Positions 63,390 to 64,000 of a stretch of 64,000 nt of DNA are shown piece after piece. The stretch comes from a virus: IMG/VR virus record IMGVR_UViG_3300031722_000008, positions 64,001 to 128,000 of that record. The stretch is one strand, 5' to 3'. The notes below the pieces were generated by a model, which did no database searches, was not told the origin of the DNA, and was given only the letters and a program-made list of their open reading frames with translations. Numbering within the stretch: the first letter of the stretch is position 1; each line of letters begins with the position of its first letter. A program made the position numbers and the translations under genes.

Positions 63390-63560
63390 CTAAGCAACTA
63401 CTGTTTGCATAGCTATATACTCAGCTACAGCAGCTCTGTAATCTAGTTTCGGATCAGTATTAGTTGGTACTACTGGCTTAGTGCTACCTTCTACTGGTTC
63501 TAAATCCCATCTACCACCCTTAACTAAAATAGCATAGCATGTTATTAAATATGGTTTCAT
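63390..63560 (-). CDS. CD1375/XkdX-like small tail-region protein, 56 aa (not in ORF track)
   Basis: MKPYLITCYAILVKGGRWDLE...VP...YRAAVAEYIA; GGAGGTG RBS. Confidence 0.65.
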   Translation of the reverse strand: MKPYLITCYAILVKGGRWDLEPVEGSTKPVVPTNTDPKLDYRAAVAEYIAMQTVVA

Positions 63561-63613
63561 TATATTGCACCTCCCAAAATATTACTTTTACATACTTATT
63601 CTACGCTTTATTT

Positions 63614-63889
63614 CTAAGAAAGTCCAGCATTTGCTTTTAAAATTTCAACTTCCATTGTAAGTGAAATTATTGCTTCTGCCATATCCATACTGCCTTGGTC
63701 TACTGGGTCATTCATCATAGGCGTATCTATTTGAGGTTGTGGTTTGCCGTCAGGGTATTTAGCCCTGAATTCAGCAAACATTGCTTTCTCTGTTTCTGTT
63801 GCTCCTTCTTCGTATATGCACTTTGTGCCATCTTCACTATCGATATATAATATTCCATCTCTTAAATCTGTTTTGTCAAAATTTAACAC
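63614..63889 (-). CDS. Hypothetical tail-region protein
   Basis: GAGGTG RBS; C-terminal DMAEAIISL..EV..LK seen upstream of CD1375-like genes. Confidence 0.6.
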   Translation of the reverse strand: MLNFDKTDLRDGILYIDSEDGTKCIYEEGATETEKAMFAEFRAKYPDGKPQPQIDTPMMNDPVDQGSMDMAEAIISLTMEVEILKANAGLS

Positions 63890-64000
63890 TTGAGCACCTC
63901 CTATACTTTTTCTCTACAATCTATAGTTATTTTCCAAGTTCCGAGTCCTTGAACATATACGCCCCTAGTAGGAACTTGACTTTTTAATGCAGGATTATTA

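Noticed and set aside
1-64000. tRNA, rRNA, integrase or transposase genes
   Set aside because: No cloverleaf with TTCGA T-loop and matching stems, no rRNA-like GC-rich tract and no recombinase motifs recognised; a tRNAscan run would be decisive.

Overview
An AT-rich 64 kb segment of a large tailed phage. The host is probably Clostridium or a close relative, judged from a clostridial-type AbrB, YyaC, a CD1375-like protein and an endolysin with choline-binding-type repeats. Left to right: (i) 1-5.5 kb, self-contained cassettes, each with a conserved 16-bp motif GTATAAGAYATTAAAG, a purine-rich leader, small mostly membrane-anchored ORF(s) and a GAGGGC-GAAA-GCCCTC hairpin, interleaved with minus-strand proteins carrying K-x-A motifs that may be virion proteins; (ii) 9.8-10.4 kb, a non-coding, iteron-rich origin- or centromere-like region; (iii) 10.5-31 kb, dense small + strand genes including SLOG/YspA, a cold-shock domain, SbcD, AbrB, a PAPS-reductase-like protein, YyaC and an HD nuclease; (iv) 31-59 kb, a replication/recombination module with split SbcC, DnaE, primase-helicase, a J-domain protein, an SF2 helicase and a GHKL ATPase; (v) 59.6-64 kb, a minus-strand lysis module. 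The most striking unexplained structure is at 41.4-47.0 kb: seven consecutive acidic paralogs each carry a Q-x-x-M-F beta-clamp-binding-type motif and are flanked by two proteins whose residue pattern resembles highly diverged sliding-clamp (DnaN) domains, while the phage DnaE lacks the canonical internal clamp-binding motif. No tRNA, rRNA, CRISPR array or transposase was seen. All family calls come from motif recognition by eye, not from database searches.
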